Positions 50,482 to 60,182 of a DNA stretch of 64,000 nt are shown here, piece by piece. The stretch's first letter is position 1. Every line of letters starts with the position of its first letter. The stretch spans positions 2,746 to 66,745 of IMG/VR virus record IMGVR_UViG_3300028559_001021. One strand, given 5' to 3'. This stretch comes from a virus. The notes under the pieces are model-generated. The model saw only the letters and a list, made by a program, of their open reading frames with translations, was not told where the DNA came from and did no database searches. Made by a program: the position numbers and the translations under genes.

Positions 50482-50976
50482 ATGAAAAGAATTGTTAAAT
50501 TAACTGAACAAGATTTGGTTAAAATTGTTAAAAAAATTGTAAACGAAAAGGATTACGGACAAGTTCAAAACTATATGTTCTTTTCAAACCTTGAACAAAT
50601 GATTAGTCAAGCACAACAACTATTGGAACTTGACCCAATGAAAGTTGAAAAAATTCTCCAAGACGGTCACGATTGGGCTGATGACCATATAACCGTAGCA
50701 AAAGAAAATCTTGACCAAGTATTTGATTTTATGATGAATGAATCACAATTTGCTAGATCTGTTGATTATAATAGAATGGAAGACAATGAAGATATGGTTA
50801 TGATGGAATCAGAATTAAATGAAAAGAAGAAAAAGAATACCCCAACAAACCCAAAACTATGGCAATCTGCACTATCTTGGGCTAAAAGTAGATATAAAGT
50901 TTGTCCCTCGGCTTATTGTAATGGTGCAGCTGTCAAACGATACAATAGTCAAGGTGGAAAATGGAAGAAAAAATAA
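50482..50976 (+). CDS. Putative head-internal protein with KLTEQDL leader
   Basis: MKRIVKLTEQDLVKIVKKIVNE leader; C-terminal PSAY.NG..K.Y...GG.W domain. Confidence 0.65.
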   Translation: MKRIVKLTEQDLVKIVKKIVNEKDYGQVQNYMFFSNLEQMISQAQQLLELDPMKVEKILQDGHDWADDHITVAKENLDQVFDFMMNESQFARSVDYNRMEDNEDMVMMESELNEKKKKNTPTNPKLWQSALSWAKSRYKVCPSAYCNGAAVKRYNSQGGKWKKK

Positions 50977-51000
50977 AAGGGGATTTATTCCTCTTTTTTT
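50976..51000 (+). terminator. Terminator
   Basis: AAAAGGGGA-tttat-TCCTCTTTTTT. Confidence 0.7.
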
Positions 51001-51033
51001 AGTTTTTTTATGTTTATCCGATATTTATAATAT

Positions 51034-51531
51034 ATGGATAAACAAAAATTATGTTCAGTTTGTGGTATACTAAAAGATATATCAGAATATTATGAGTCAC
51101 AAAGGGGAACTAAGTGTAAAGAATGTGTATTGACAATAACTAGAAATTACAAAAGAGAAAAAAGAAAAGATATTGAATTTAAAAAGGTTGAGAGTGTTAA
51201 ACAAAAAGAACGAAGATTTAGATTGTGGATTAATTATCTATTTCACGATTCAAAAAGGAGAAATATAGAACATACAATTACAAAAGAAGAAATTGAAGAC
51301 ATTTATAATAATCAGAATGGTTTATGTTATTGGTTTGGTGTTCCTCTAACCCCATCAACAAAACACAAATACCCATTACAACCATCTTTAGATAGATTAG
51401 ATAGAAATAAAGGATACACTAAAGATAATATCGTGATTTGTTGTTATACAGCAAATATTGGTAGAAATGAAAATGATTTGGAAACTTGGTTAGAATTTTT
51501 AGATATTCTTAAAGTCACAATGAAATTCTAA
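51034..51531 (+). mobile_element. HNH-type homing endonuclease
   Basis: CxxC...CKEC zinc finger; SLDRLD..KGY...N....C..AN..RN. Confidence 0.8.
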
Positions 51532-51545
51532 TATTGTTAAAATAT

Positions 51546-51577
51546 AAAAAGGTAGAAAAATTATTTCTACCTTTTTT
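51546..51577. terminator. Terminator
   Basis: AAAAAGGTAGAAA-aatta-TTTCTACCTTTTT. Confidence 0.85.
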
Positions 51578-51626
51578 GTTTTAGTGGAATTTTATTTAGA
51601 CCTTTGTGGTTATGATATAACAATCA

Positions 51627-51651
51627 AAATATAATCACAACAATGAAAAAA
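51627..51651 (+). repeat. 25-bp direct repeat, copy 1
   Basis: AAATATAATCACAACAATGAAAAAA, identical to 53069-53093. Confidence 0.95.
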
Positions 51652-51855
51652 CTAATTGGTCTAATTGTATTTACTATTTTCCTCATTTCTTGTTCCGCAC
51701 CAAAAACAGTCTTTAATGGAAAAGAGTATGTAACAGAAAAAAGATATTATAAAGATAACTTAAAATTAGTCAAAAAAACACTCAGACAAATGAGTAAAGA
51801 AGAACAAAAAATTATTCTTGGGGATGACATCATCTTCAAATACGAAGAGAAATAA
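51643..51855 (+). CDS. Small lipoprotein
   Basis: MKKLIGLIVFTIFLISC signal with lipobox. Confidence 0.75.
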   Translation: MKKLIGLIVFTIFLISCSAPKTVFNGKEYVTEKRYYKDNLKLVKKTLRQMSKEEQKIILGDDIIFKYEEK

Positions 51856-51858
51856 ACT

Positions 51859-53052
51859 TTACACTACTTTCAAAGTGCATGCGTCAATTGTTAACACAAG
51901 TTTTGGTTCATCAACCTCTTCTGGTGTGGCAACATTAAATGAAGAAGTTTCTCCTTTTTCATTTGTAAATTCTATACCACCAACACCTCTATGACATTTA
52001 TATCCCCATTGAGCTGAATGAAACCATTTATGTTCAGAATTTTCGATATATGTAAATTGAGTACCATTATATTCAAGTCCACCCAAATTCGGTTTATTAG
52101 TTGTAAACCATTGTGTTAAATCAGTTATTTTTGGATAAGCATTAAGTAAGTCAGTTGGGGTTGGATAATAACTAACTAAATTTTTACATGTTAGTTGAAT
52201 TGAAAGTTCGTTATTAGCATCTTGGATGGCTTTCATTGTTGTATCATCAACAGTAAATAGATTTTCTCTTGGTCCTCCAGGATTATTTGATAATGGATAC
52301 TTTTTAGTTTCGTACTCAACTTTACCCTTAGCGTTTCTAACAGCTATTTTTTTATCTTGTATTGAATACCCAGCGTTATCTATAACACTACCATTATTTA
52401 ACGAGGCGTATTTAGCACCATCACCATCCCTTTTCAATAGAATACCATTAACCGACACTTCAAAAACAGCCGAATTGCAATTATGACCACCATGTACATC
52501 TTCATTATAAAATACCCTTATCTTCATATTTTTAGCACAAGGTGGTTTTTTGGGTGGTGTTTTAGGTTCACTAATTACAGAAAAACTAATTTCAACGCGT
52601 CTATCATATTTTTGTTCTTCAGCCGTTGTACCTTTACCAACTATTATTTCAGGTTCTTCAAATGTTGGTATTGTTTTTATGTATCCTTCGTTTATTGCGT
52701 TTTGGAAAAAATTCGTTAAAAATTTTTTAATTGTTTCAGCTCTCAAGATTGCCAATTGTCTTGTTGGTATTTTTTTTGATGGGGATACCTCATTATCGTA
52801 ATTTTGATTTTTATCTTCGGATGCCAATATTTTAACAGATGTTGTTTTACCTTCATTTTTTCTTATAAAATCTAAGGCTTTTCCTAGTTCAATTGTTAAA
52901 TTTTTAGTACCTTGTGTACTCAATTTGGAGTGATAACCTGGATCAAAAAAATCTGAACTATTTATGTCTAATTTTTGTTCCTTAATTAATCCATACATTG
53001 ATAAGATATATTTTTACTCATCCTCAGTTATTAATAATCTATTTTTATACAT
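51859..53052 (-). CDS. OmpA-C-like domain protein; leader interrupted by TAA
   Basis: LAILRAETIKKFL...DRRVEISF; in-frame upstream MYKNRLLITEDE*KYILSMYGLIKEQ (TAA at 53014-53016). Confidence 0.6.
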
Positions 53053-53068
53053 TTTTCTCTTTTATCAT

Positions 53069-53093
53069 AAATATAATCACAACAATGAAAAAA
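53069..53093 (+). repeat. 25-bp direct repeat, copy 2
   Basis: Identical to 51627-51651. Confidence 0.95.
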
Positions 53094-53495
53094 GCAATTC
53101 TAAGATTCTTCAAAAGACTTTATGTCAAACTTACAATCCTCAACAGAAAATATTCTAGTGACTCAAGAGTACCTATTTCTCAAACCCAAAAAATGTGTAT
53201 GTCAATTGCAAGGAAATTAATTAGACATCCTGAATCTAAATTTCTTATTGCTCCAATATCAGATAAAAAATACATCACAAATACAGAGGTAGATTTGTTT
53301 ATCATATTTGATAAACGTGGCATCAGTATAACCAATCATGTATATCATTATGATGTTATATTGAGTGATAGAAATTGGTATAAAATAATCAAAATGTATG
53401 ATACCAAAGTTGAAGAAATCAGAGAAAAAGTTGAAATCCAAGTAATGTCTCAAATCGAACATTCTCTTGAGAATATTCTTCAAAAAGTAAAATAA
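53085..53495 (+). CDS. Hypothetical protein
   Basis: Likely start MKKAIL at 53085 within ORF 52998-53495. Confidence 0.7.
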   Translation: MKKAILRFFKRLYVKLTILNRKYSSDSRVPISQTQKMCMSIARKLIRHPESKFLIAPISDKKYITNTEVDLFIIFDKRGISITNHVYHYDVILSDRNWYKIIKMYDTKVEEIREKVEIQVMSQIEHSLENILQKVK

Positions 53496-53509
53496 GCTAC
53501 AATGAAACC

Positions 53510-53875
53510 TTACTTTTTAATTAAAGTTAAGGTTTTTTTATTTTTATTTCCATTTTTGTCAACGGTTTCAACCTCAAATTCAATCCTAGTCTTACCCTTA
53601 TTTTTTTCCGATTCAAGTTCTTTAAATTTTCTATTAGTTACAATACCTTCACCTGGATCAGTAAGCGAAGTATCATATTTCATATTTAAATCCCCATTAC
53701 TTAATTGTTTTAATGATAACACTTCAATTTTTACCCAACCAGCCCATAATTCCCAAACTTCACCATCAATAATTATGTTACCATTTTTAGCTGTAGGTGA
53801 TTCAAGGTCTTCTTTGATTATTCGTTTAACTAAACGTACTAAATCTGATTCTGTTAATCTTACTATCTTTTTCAT
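53510..53875 (-). CDS. Putative head-internal protein with RLTESDL leader
   Basis: MKKIVRLTESDLVRLVKRIIKE. Confidence 0.65.
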   Translation of the reverse strand: MKKIVRLTESDLVRLVKRIIKEDLESPTAKNGNIIIDGEVWELWAGWVKIEVLSLKQLSNGDLNMKYDTSLTDPGEGIVTNRKFKELESEKNKGKTRIEFEVETVDKNGNKNKKTLTLIKK

Positions 53876-54771
53876 TTTGGTTTGTATGACACCATTGTCG
53901 GTTTATTTCCTGTACCAATCTTGGGGTCTTTCTTCTCTTCCCTACGTTTTTGAGTACATGCTGACTTCTTCTCAGAATCAGACATCTTACCCGCAACACC
54001 AGCAGCCCTACATTTAGGATACCCCTTTGTATCAGATTCACTTCTACCACAAGGGGGGTGTTTACCATCTACCTTTCTACATATATTAACCCAAGGACCC
54101 TTTGGTTGTTTACTACCCTTGGGTTTCTTTTTTGTCCCAAACCACACACCCAAATCTTCTTTAATCGTATGAACATCTCCAGTCTCAATTTCATATGAAC
54201 CATCCTCATCTTTCTCCCACATACCAACAACTTTCTTTATATTATTCTTCATTGTTGATTTTACCTTTTTACGATTAACTTCAGTATCAACAAATTCTGT
54301 AAATGGTGCTAAATTATTATGTTTCCATTTTCTTATACCCAATTCTTGAGGCCCATTATATAGTCCAGCCGATGTACTAGAATCCACTTCATTTATATTA
54401 TACCAAACATTAGTATCCTCAGTTAACATTGGAGCTTCCTCGTAATGCCACTCATTCAAATTTTTTGGGGTCTTGGTGACGTTTTTTGTCATTAACTTAG
54501 TGTTGGTATTAGTTGAAGATTTTATTGCCTTAGATTCAATTTTTTTGACATCCTTTTTTGGAGTACTCATTTTACCATCATAACTATCTGTGGTAAGTTC
54601 TTGACTATAATACAATGAAACAGATTTATTAAATGGGTCTAATTGTGTTTTTTCAAATACTCTTTTTCCTAGTTTAAGAGGGGGATTAAACGAACCCCTA
54701 CTACCACTAGCGTCAGTAGTTGCTTCTTTTAGTATTTCTTGTTTGATTTTTTTAATTAAATTCTGTATCAT
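53872..54771 (-). CDS. Multi-segment protein with LxE/IxE linkers and a C-terminal Cys domain
   Basis: ILKE, LNE, LTE, INE, IKE boundaries; EDLGVWF..GPWVNIC..HPPCGR..YPKCR; start MIQN follows TATTTATA at 54790-54797. Confidence 0.65.
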   Translation of the reverse strand: MIQNLIKKIKQEILKEATTDASGSRGSFNPPLKLGKRVFEKTQLDPFNKSVSLYYSQELTTDSYDGKMSTPKKDVKKIESKAIKSSTNTNTKLMTKNVTKTPKNLNEWHYEEAPMLTEDTNVWYNINEVDSSTSAGLYNGPQELGIRKWKHNNLAPFTEFVDTEVNRKKVKSTMKNNIKKVVGMWEKDEDGSYEIETGDVHTIKEDLGVWFGTKKKPKGSKQPKGPWVNICRKVDGKHPPCGRSESDTKGYPKCRAAGVAGKMSDSEKKSACTQKRREEKKDPKIGTGNKPTMVSYKPK

Positions 54772-54800
54772 TATAAATGAAATTATTAATATAAATATCA

Positions 54801-55025
54801 ATGGAACAAGAAAAAATTTACGGTAAATTATTTAATTCCGTACCCCTATTAACAGAAAATCATCTACAAACATTAATTGATGTAATGGATGAAGAACAAG
54901 CAATATTCTTAATTGTACAAGCGGTTAAATACGCTTACCATAATGGAATGTATTCACTTGGGGAATCTGAAATAATATCAAAAAGTATTAGAGTGTTATC
55001 GGAAAATAAAAATGGTGAAGATTAA
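54801..55025 (+). CDS. Small hypothetical protein
   Basis: 74-aa ORF. Confidence 0.65.
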   Translation: MEQEKIYGKLFNSVPLLTENHLQTLIDVMDEEQAIFLIVQAVKYAYHNGMYSLGESEIISKSIRVLSENKNGED

Positions 55026-55026
55026 C

Positions 55027-55446
55027 TTAATACTGAGTAGTCGCCGAGGAGTCCACCTCCCCCTCAGCAGCACCAGGAGTAGCAGCAACAGGAGGGTTTG
55101 ATGGTGGTGGGGTATTGTCCGCAGTAGGAGTAGCAGCAACAGGAGGGTTTGATGGTGGTGGGGTATTGTCCGCAGTAGGAGTAGCAGTAATGCCTAGTTT
55201 CGCAAGGATTGCCTTTGCTGTGTTAGTTCCTAATTTTCCATCAATAACAACACCTAATTTTTGTTGAAGTTGACTAATTGTAGTAGTAGCAACAGGAGGG
55301 TTTGATGGTGGTGTTGGGGTATTGACCTCAGTAGCAATAGCTTTTTCGTTACCACCACCCGTATTAGTAGGGTCTTCTAATAAAAAACTCTTATGTAATT
55401 TTAATATTCTGTTTTTTTCGCTTTCTAATATATATAAATTTTTCAT
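55027..55446 (-). CDS. PG_binding_1-like protein with ESEK.RIL.LH leader and Pro-rich repeats
   Basis: ISQLQQKLG...DGKLG..TAKAI motif. Confidence 0.65.
   Translation of the reverse strand: MKNLYILESEKNRILKLHKSFLLEDPTNTGGGNEKAIATEVNTPTPPSNPPVATTTISQLQQKLGVVIDGKLGTNTAKAILAKLGITATPTADNTPPPSNPPVAATPTADNTPPPSNPPVAATPGAAEGEVDSSATTQY
55075..55187. repeat. 51-bp tandem repeat (2.2 copies; TPTADNTPPPSNPPVAA)
   Basis: Exact duplication 55075-55125 / 55126-55176; partial third copy near 55286-55326. Confidence 0.9.
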
Positions 55447-55450
55447 ATTT

Positions 55451-56461
55451 TTATTTAAATTTTGAATTAATTAAGTTTATATCATTTTGGGTTAACTTTG
55501 GTCCAGTATCTCTACTACCTGTTTTAGCTCTTATCGCATCTAAGGTTGCCTTAGGCATTGCTGAGTTAAAGACATGTCCTTCAGCAACCGGATAAGTATC
55601 TCCGCCACCTCCGCCACCTTCAGCAGTAACAACATTTACATTTTTTGTTTTATCAATCGTATGGATTATTTTATTGTTTTCGTCACAAGTAAATTTATAA
55701 TATGTTTTTACTGTTTTGGGGTCTCTATTTTCTGTATTTGTATCAGTGCTATACCAATCCCCATCCACAGCATAGTTATATATTCTTCCCTGAACTGTGT
55801 AAGAATACCAAGGGGAGCCTTCTTTGTTTGTTAAATTTTTATTTACTTTCAAACAAGCGTCAAGATTAGTCGCGTCATCCACAATTACTTTTGTTTTACC
55901 TGCTAAATATTTTAAATTTTCAAGAATTGCATTTTTGTAACCATAATTACCTTCATTTGCATAAATTTCATCAAATGTATCAAATATATTTTCATAACCA
56001 GACACTACAGTACCACGTGTACTTATATTTGCAACTGAATAACATACATTTGCCATATTATTAAAAGCCTGCAAATTAGTTACAAATTCTTTAACTGCGT
56101 CTTCACTCATACCTCTACCATTAGTTACACCAAAAGTACTAATTGAACCTTTTCTTGCTGCACTAGTAATATTACTAGTTAATTTTTGAATATCTGATAA
56201 CTCTAAACTTGGTCCTTTTGGGAAAGATTTATCATATTCTTTTTTACAAAAATCAATAATCCCAGTTGTAAATGCTCCTCTTCCAGTACCAAAATTATTT
56301 AATTTAGCATTAAATTGGGTTTTAGCCGAATCTGTCCAACCACCACCGTCTTGTTGTATCTCATATGGTGCTTGTTCATTCAACAAATTTCCCTTATGTT
56401 TGTTATGTAAATTCAAAATCCTATCTTTTTCAGATTCATCTAAATAATATAATTTTTTCAT
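55451..56461 (-). CDS. Hypothetical protein with ESEK.RIL.LH leader
   Basis: MKKLYYLDESEKDRILNLHNKHKGNLLNEQ. Confidence 0.65.
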   Translation of the reverse strand: MKKLYYLDESEKDRILNLHNKHKGNLLNEQAPYEIQQDGGGWTDSAKTQFNAKLNNFGTGRGAFTTGIIDFCKKEYDKSFPKGPSLELSDIQKLTSNITSAARKGSISTFGVTNGRGMSEDAVKEFVTNLQAFNNMANVCYSVANISTRGTVVSGYENIFDTFDEIYANEGNYGYKNAILENLKYLAGKTKVIVDDATNLDACLKVNKNLTNKEGSPWYSYTVQGRIYNYAVDGDWYSTDTNTENRDPKTVKTYYKFTCDENNKIIHTIDKTKNVNVVTAEGGGGGGDTYPVAEGHVFNSAMPKATLDAIRAKTGSRDTGPKLTQNDINLINSKFK

Positions 56462-56494
56462 AGTAATTAATTTTTTATTATAAATATCTTAATT

Positions 56495-58198
56495 TCAATA
56501 AAAATTAATCCGATACTTAAATAAACCACAATCCCATATCTTGGAGTATCCCAACTCTTTTGTAAGTTCACTTTCACTTTTGGTAAAATCAATTTCATTA
56601 TATTTCTTTTTAAGACTATTCTTCCCAAAAGAAAATTTATGATATCTTTTATATCTATTCATCTTTGACGAATAATAAAAATATGTAGGTTTCAATATTG
56701 ATACCAATTCAAATCCTAATTTTGTATACATATTATTGTTTCCATTGGTAGTCCATCTTCTATCTGCAAAACTTATTATACTACTTGGAGAATAATCATT
56801 AATAAATTGTTTTAATATTTTAGAAGCCAATCCACTTATGACATATTCTTGTCTTGTTGAGAATCTACTTAATTCATATTCACCTTCAATATTCTTTGTC
56901 ATATTTCTTTGACTATTAAATGTCATAACACCAACCAAAATCTCATTATAATAAGCGCCATAAAATATGTCAGATTTATCATTCCCTTGAATATGACTCA
57001 CATCCAAAAAATATGATTTATCTTCTTTGGATATTTTATTCACTACAACTTTTCTTGCCCCAATTTTAATCCCATCACTTACACTAAGAATATGTTTTAG
57101 TTTTGATTTAGTCAATTCTTTATTCACAACCCACTCATCTTCAAAAATATGAATTAGTTTATAACCTAACTGATTACACGCTAAAGTTTTATTTAAATGA
57201 TAAACTGAATTCTTACCCATATTTTCAGTATGGTAATATAAACCATTATATTCTATTGCAACTTTAACTGAGGGTATAATTAAATCAATTTCTTTACCTT
57301 CCAATAGTTTTCTATTTTTACCCTTATATATCTCAAACCCTAAACCCTCAATAAACTCCTTAATTTCAGTTTCACCTTTTGATGTCCAAGTTGGTTGAAA
57401 ATTAATATTAGTTTCTTTAATAAGTTCACTCAAAATATTAGAGGTAGACTCAGATACAATTTTAGAGTTTGGAAATTTTAGTTTGTATTCTTCAACACTT
57501 ATGTTGTGTTTATTCTTTAGATGTGTATTTGATATACCCTTCATCTTTTCATTACACAATTGACATATTACGAAGTTTTCTTCCAACAATAACTCTTTCT
57601 CTCTATCAGTTCTTTTAATGTAATTGTGGTGGTACTGTATATCATTTGGGAATTGGAATAAATATTCATCAAGAGTAATCTTATGTTCATTTTCAATATG
57701 ATTGGTAAAACAACCTGATTTATTATATATGTCAGTTGTTCCCCAATCACATAAATTACATTTTCTTTTAACATCTTTGTCAACTTCTATAATATCAAAA
57801 TACTCCTCAAACCACTTTTTACCATTAATTTGTTCATATTTTTTTCTTTGATAAGTGTTTGTTGGAATATTAACATCACCATATATTTCTATGATGTGTT
57901 TTGTTAATTTACCTGATAAATTGTTGGGGTCATTTATAGTAATATCAGTTTTCTTACATTTAGCGATAAGTTCCTTATCCTCTGATGTGTATTTGTTTAC
58001 CTTAGATTTTTCTAAATTATTACTATTACCAATCTTAATTTGACCGCCCCTTTTTTTAATCTCAACATTATTATCTTTTAATATTTGACTAATTTTTCTA
58101 TGACCAACTTTATAAAGTTCTGCCAATTTATGAGTAGAATATCCTTGATTGGTATAGAGTTCTATAATGTTATCTATCTGTGGTATTGTTAATGACAT
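56495..58198 (-). mobile_element. Hef-like homing endonuclease with a C-terminal GNAT/Mom-like domain
   Basis: HTH, zinc fingers, EID...VAIEYNGLYYH..IFEDEW; then ELSRF...GLASK..ISFADRRW..IWDCG. Confidence 0.75.
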
Positions 58199-58258
58199 AG
58201 TTTTTATTTAATTATATATAAATAAATATCTAAGTCAATCCATTTAATTTTAACCCAT

Positions 58259-58290
58259 AAAAAAAAGAGGGACAAAAACTTGTCCCTCTC
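58259..58290 (-). terminator. Terminator after the major capsid gene
   Basis: AGAGGGACAA-aaac-TTGTCCCTCT with an adjacent A run (U run on minus strand). Confidence 0.85.
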
Positions 58291-58311
58291 ATCAATATTA
58301 ACTATGATTGA

Positions 58312-60165
58312 TTATCTCAATTCTTGTAAGTCAAATGTTCTAACACCATCAACTGTAATACGTCCATAAAATCTATTATTAACCATTTTCTTCGCGTATC
58401 TTGTCATAATACCCTTGATAGGAGTAAAGTTAAATGGATTATACATTGTAGGTGTCAATTGAAGTGGCACATACGGAGCATAGATATAACCAGTATCTAA
58501 CAATGATGTTCCTTTATGTCCGATTAACACTTGGTTAGGTGGGAAGTAAGGGTCACGATATACTTGGTATCTACCAGCCAATGTTCCTACTCTTTCAATA
58601 CCCATATTGTATTGGTCTTGTTCAGGAGAAGCATTTGATACGTGGAAGTATTCAAGGTCATCAAAGATTGCAGAAACCTCAGAAGAAACAACAATCCAGT
58701 TAGCACCACCTCTAAGAGTTGATTTGTGGATTTGAGCTGACAATTGGTTGATTGCTGTAATCAAAGTTTGATTCCAATCTTTTTGAGTGTAAGAAGTTGT
58801 TTGAGAAATTCTTCTCCATCCGTTGTAATCCCATCTTAAATTCCAAGCAGCACCTTTACGTAAATCACGAAGGATTTCACGGTCAATTTCAGCCGCAACT
58901 TGTTCAGATAACAATGCAGTCAATTCTGCTTCAGCGTCAATGTTGTGGAATGCCGCAACGTCTTGAGCTAATTCAGGTGACCATTGTGCTCTAAGTTTTC
59001 TTTCAGACACAGAAACAGTTACAGATTCAAGGTCAAAAGAAACTTCACCAATTTTATCTTCAAATTCAAGTTCTTGGTATCTTCTCCATACCGCAGTAAA
59101 TGAACTAGCTGATGATGCAGAAAGAATAGTTGTACCTGTGTAACCATCTAAAGTAGACGAATCACAATCAGCACAAACCGGACATGATAAATCAACTTCT
59201 AAATAGATACAACCTTCAGGGTCACAAACACTTTCAAAAGAACCACCATTTCCAGCACCAGAAGCTGTTCCTGTTGGAAAAGTTGTTTGAACTCTTCTTG
59301 ATGTTGGATTTACAATTGATTTACCATATTGTTGTGTTACAACACGGAATAAAAGTGGTTGACCGACCGTAATAGGACATGGCGATGCTTCAACAGAGAA
59401 ATTTGAAGTTGCAATAATTTTAAGGTCAGCTAAGAATGTTTCAGAATCAACTTCAGCACCATCAGGTCCGACAAGTTTACCCCATCCTTGATAAGAATTC
59501 CATCCACAAAGTTTCATCAAAATTTTTCTAATACCAACTTGAGTTTGAGTAATACCTGTCGATTCAACAAGTGAACCATTTGACCACTGAACTAGTTGAG
59601 TGTTTTGAGAAATTGCTGTCCATGCACCTTTTGAGTAATCAAAAAGACCAGCTGGTTCTAGACCAGGTTCACTACCTTCATAAAACAAATCATAAAGATT
59701 TTTTGCAAATGCTCCAGTGCCTTCGTAACCAGTATTAAATCCAACTCCTTGTCCAGGATAGTTACCTGGAGCTCCAAGAGGTGAATAGTGTTCAGCGTAA
59801 GTGTCCGAACCAGTTCCACCCGAAGCATAACCTTGGATTTTAGGTACGAAGTAGAACAATTTACCGATAGGTAAGTTCATTGCTTGTACAGATACGATAT
59901 CATTCGCCAATAATTTAGAGAATACACGTCTAAGGATTGGAAATACTACAGTTTCAAAAGAACCTGAGCTTGCGTCAGAAGTCGCCTCATTGATTAAGTA
60001 TGAAGCTTGGTTTTCATATAACTGAGCTACGTTTTCTTTTAGGTGACCTCTAAGGCCATCAAGGAATCCTAATCTATCCCATTTGTTAATTGTATCTTCT
60101 TTGATAACTTTAAGGTGTTTCAAACCAATATTACCAACAAGACCGCTTTCTAATAATGCTCCCAT
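58312..60165 (-). CDS. Major capsid protein (T4 gp23-like)
   Basis: LYENQ, RRVF..L.ANDIVSVQ.M..P.G..F, RKLRAQWSPELAQD..AFH.IDAE.EL, YAPYVPL, GIMTRY. Confidence 0.97.
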   Translation of the reverse strand: MGALLESGLVGNIGLKHLKVIKEDTINKWDRLGFLDGLRGHLKENVAQLYENQASYLINEATSDASSGSFETVVFPILRRVFSKLLANDIVSVQAMNLPIGKLFYFVPKIQGYASGGTGSDTYAEHYSPLGAPGNYPGQGVGFNTGYEGTGAFAKNLYDLFYEGSEPGLEPAGLFDYSKGAWTAISQNTQLVQWSNGSLVESTGITQTQVGIRKILMKLCGWNSYQGWGKLVGPDGAEVDSETFLADLKIIATSNFSVEASPCPITVGQPLLFRVVTQQYGKSIVNPTSRRVQTTFPTGTASGAGNGGSFESVCDPEGCIYLEVDLSCPVCADCDSSTLDGYTGTTILSASSASSFTAVWRRYQELEFEDKIGEVSFDLESVTVSVSERKLRAQWSPELAQDVAAFHNIDAEAELTALLSEQVAAEIDREILRDLRKGAAWNLRWDYNGWRRISQTTSYTQKDWNQTLITAINQLSAQIHKSTLRGGANWIVVSSEVSAIFDDLEYFHVSNASPEQDQYNMGIERVGTLAGRYQVYRDPYFPPNQVLIGHKGTSLLDTGYIYAPYVPLQLTPTMYNPFNFTPIKGIMTRYAKKMVNNRFYGRITVDGVRTFDLQELR

Positions 60166-60182
60166 TTTGTATTTGTTTTTGT

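Noticed and set aside
51590-51612. Bacteroidota sigma70 promoter (TAnnTTTG) before the lipoprotein
   Set aside because: Only a near match (GACCTTTG) in AT-rich DNA; too weak to call.
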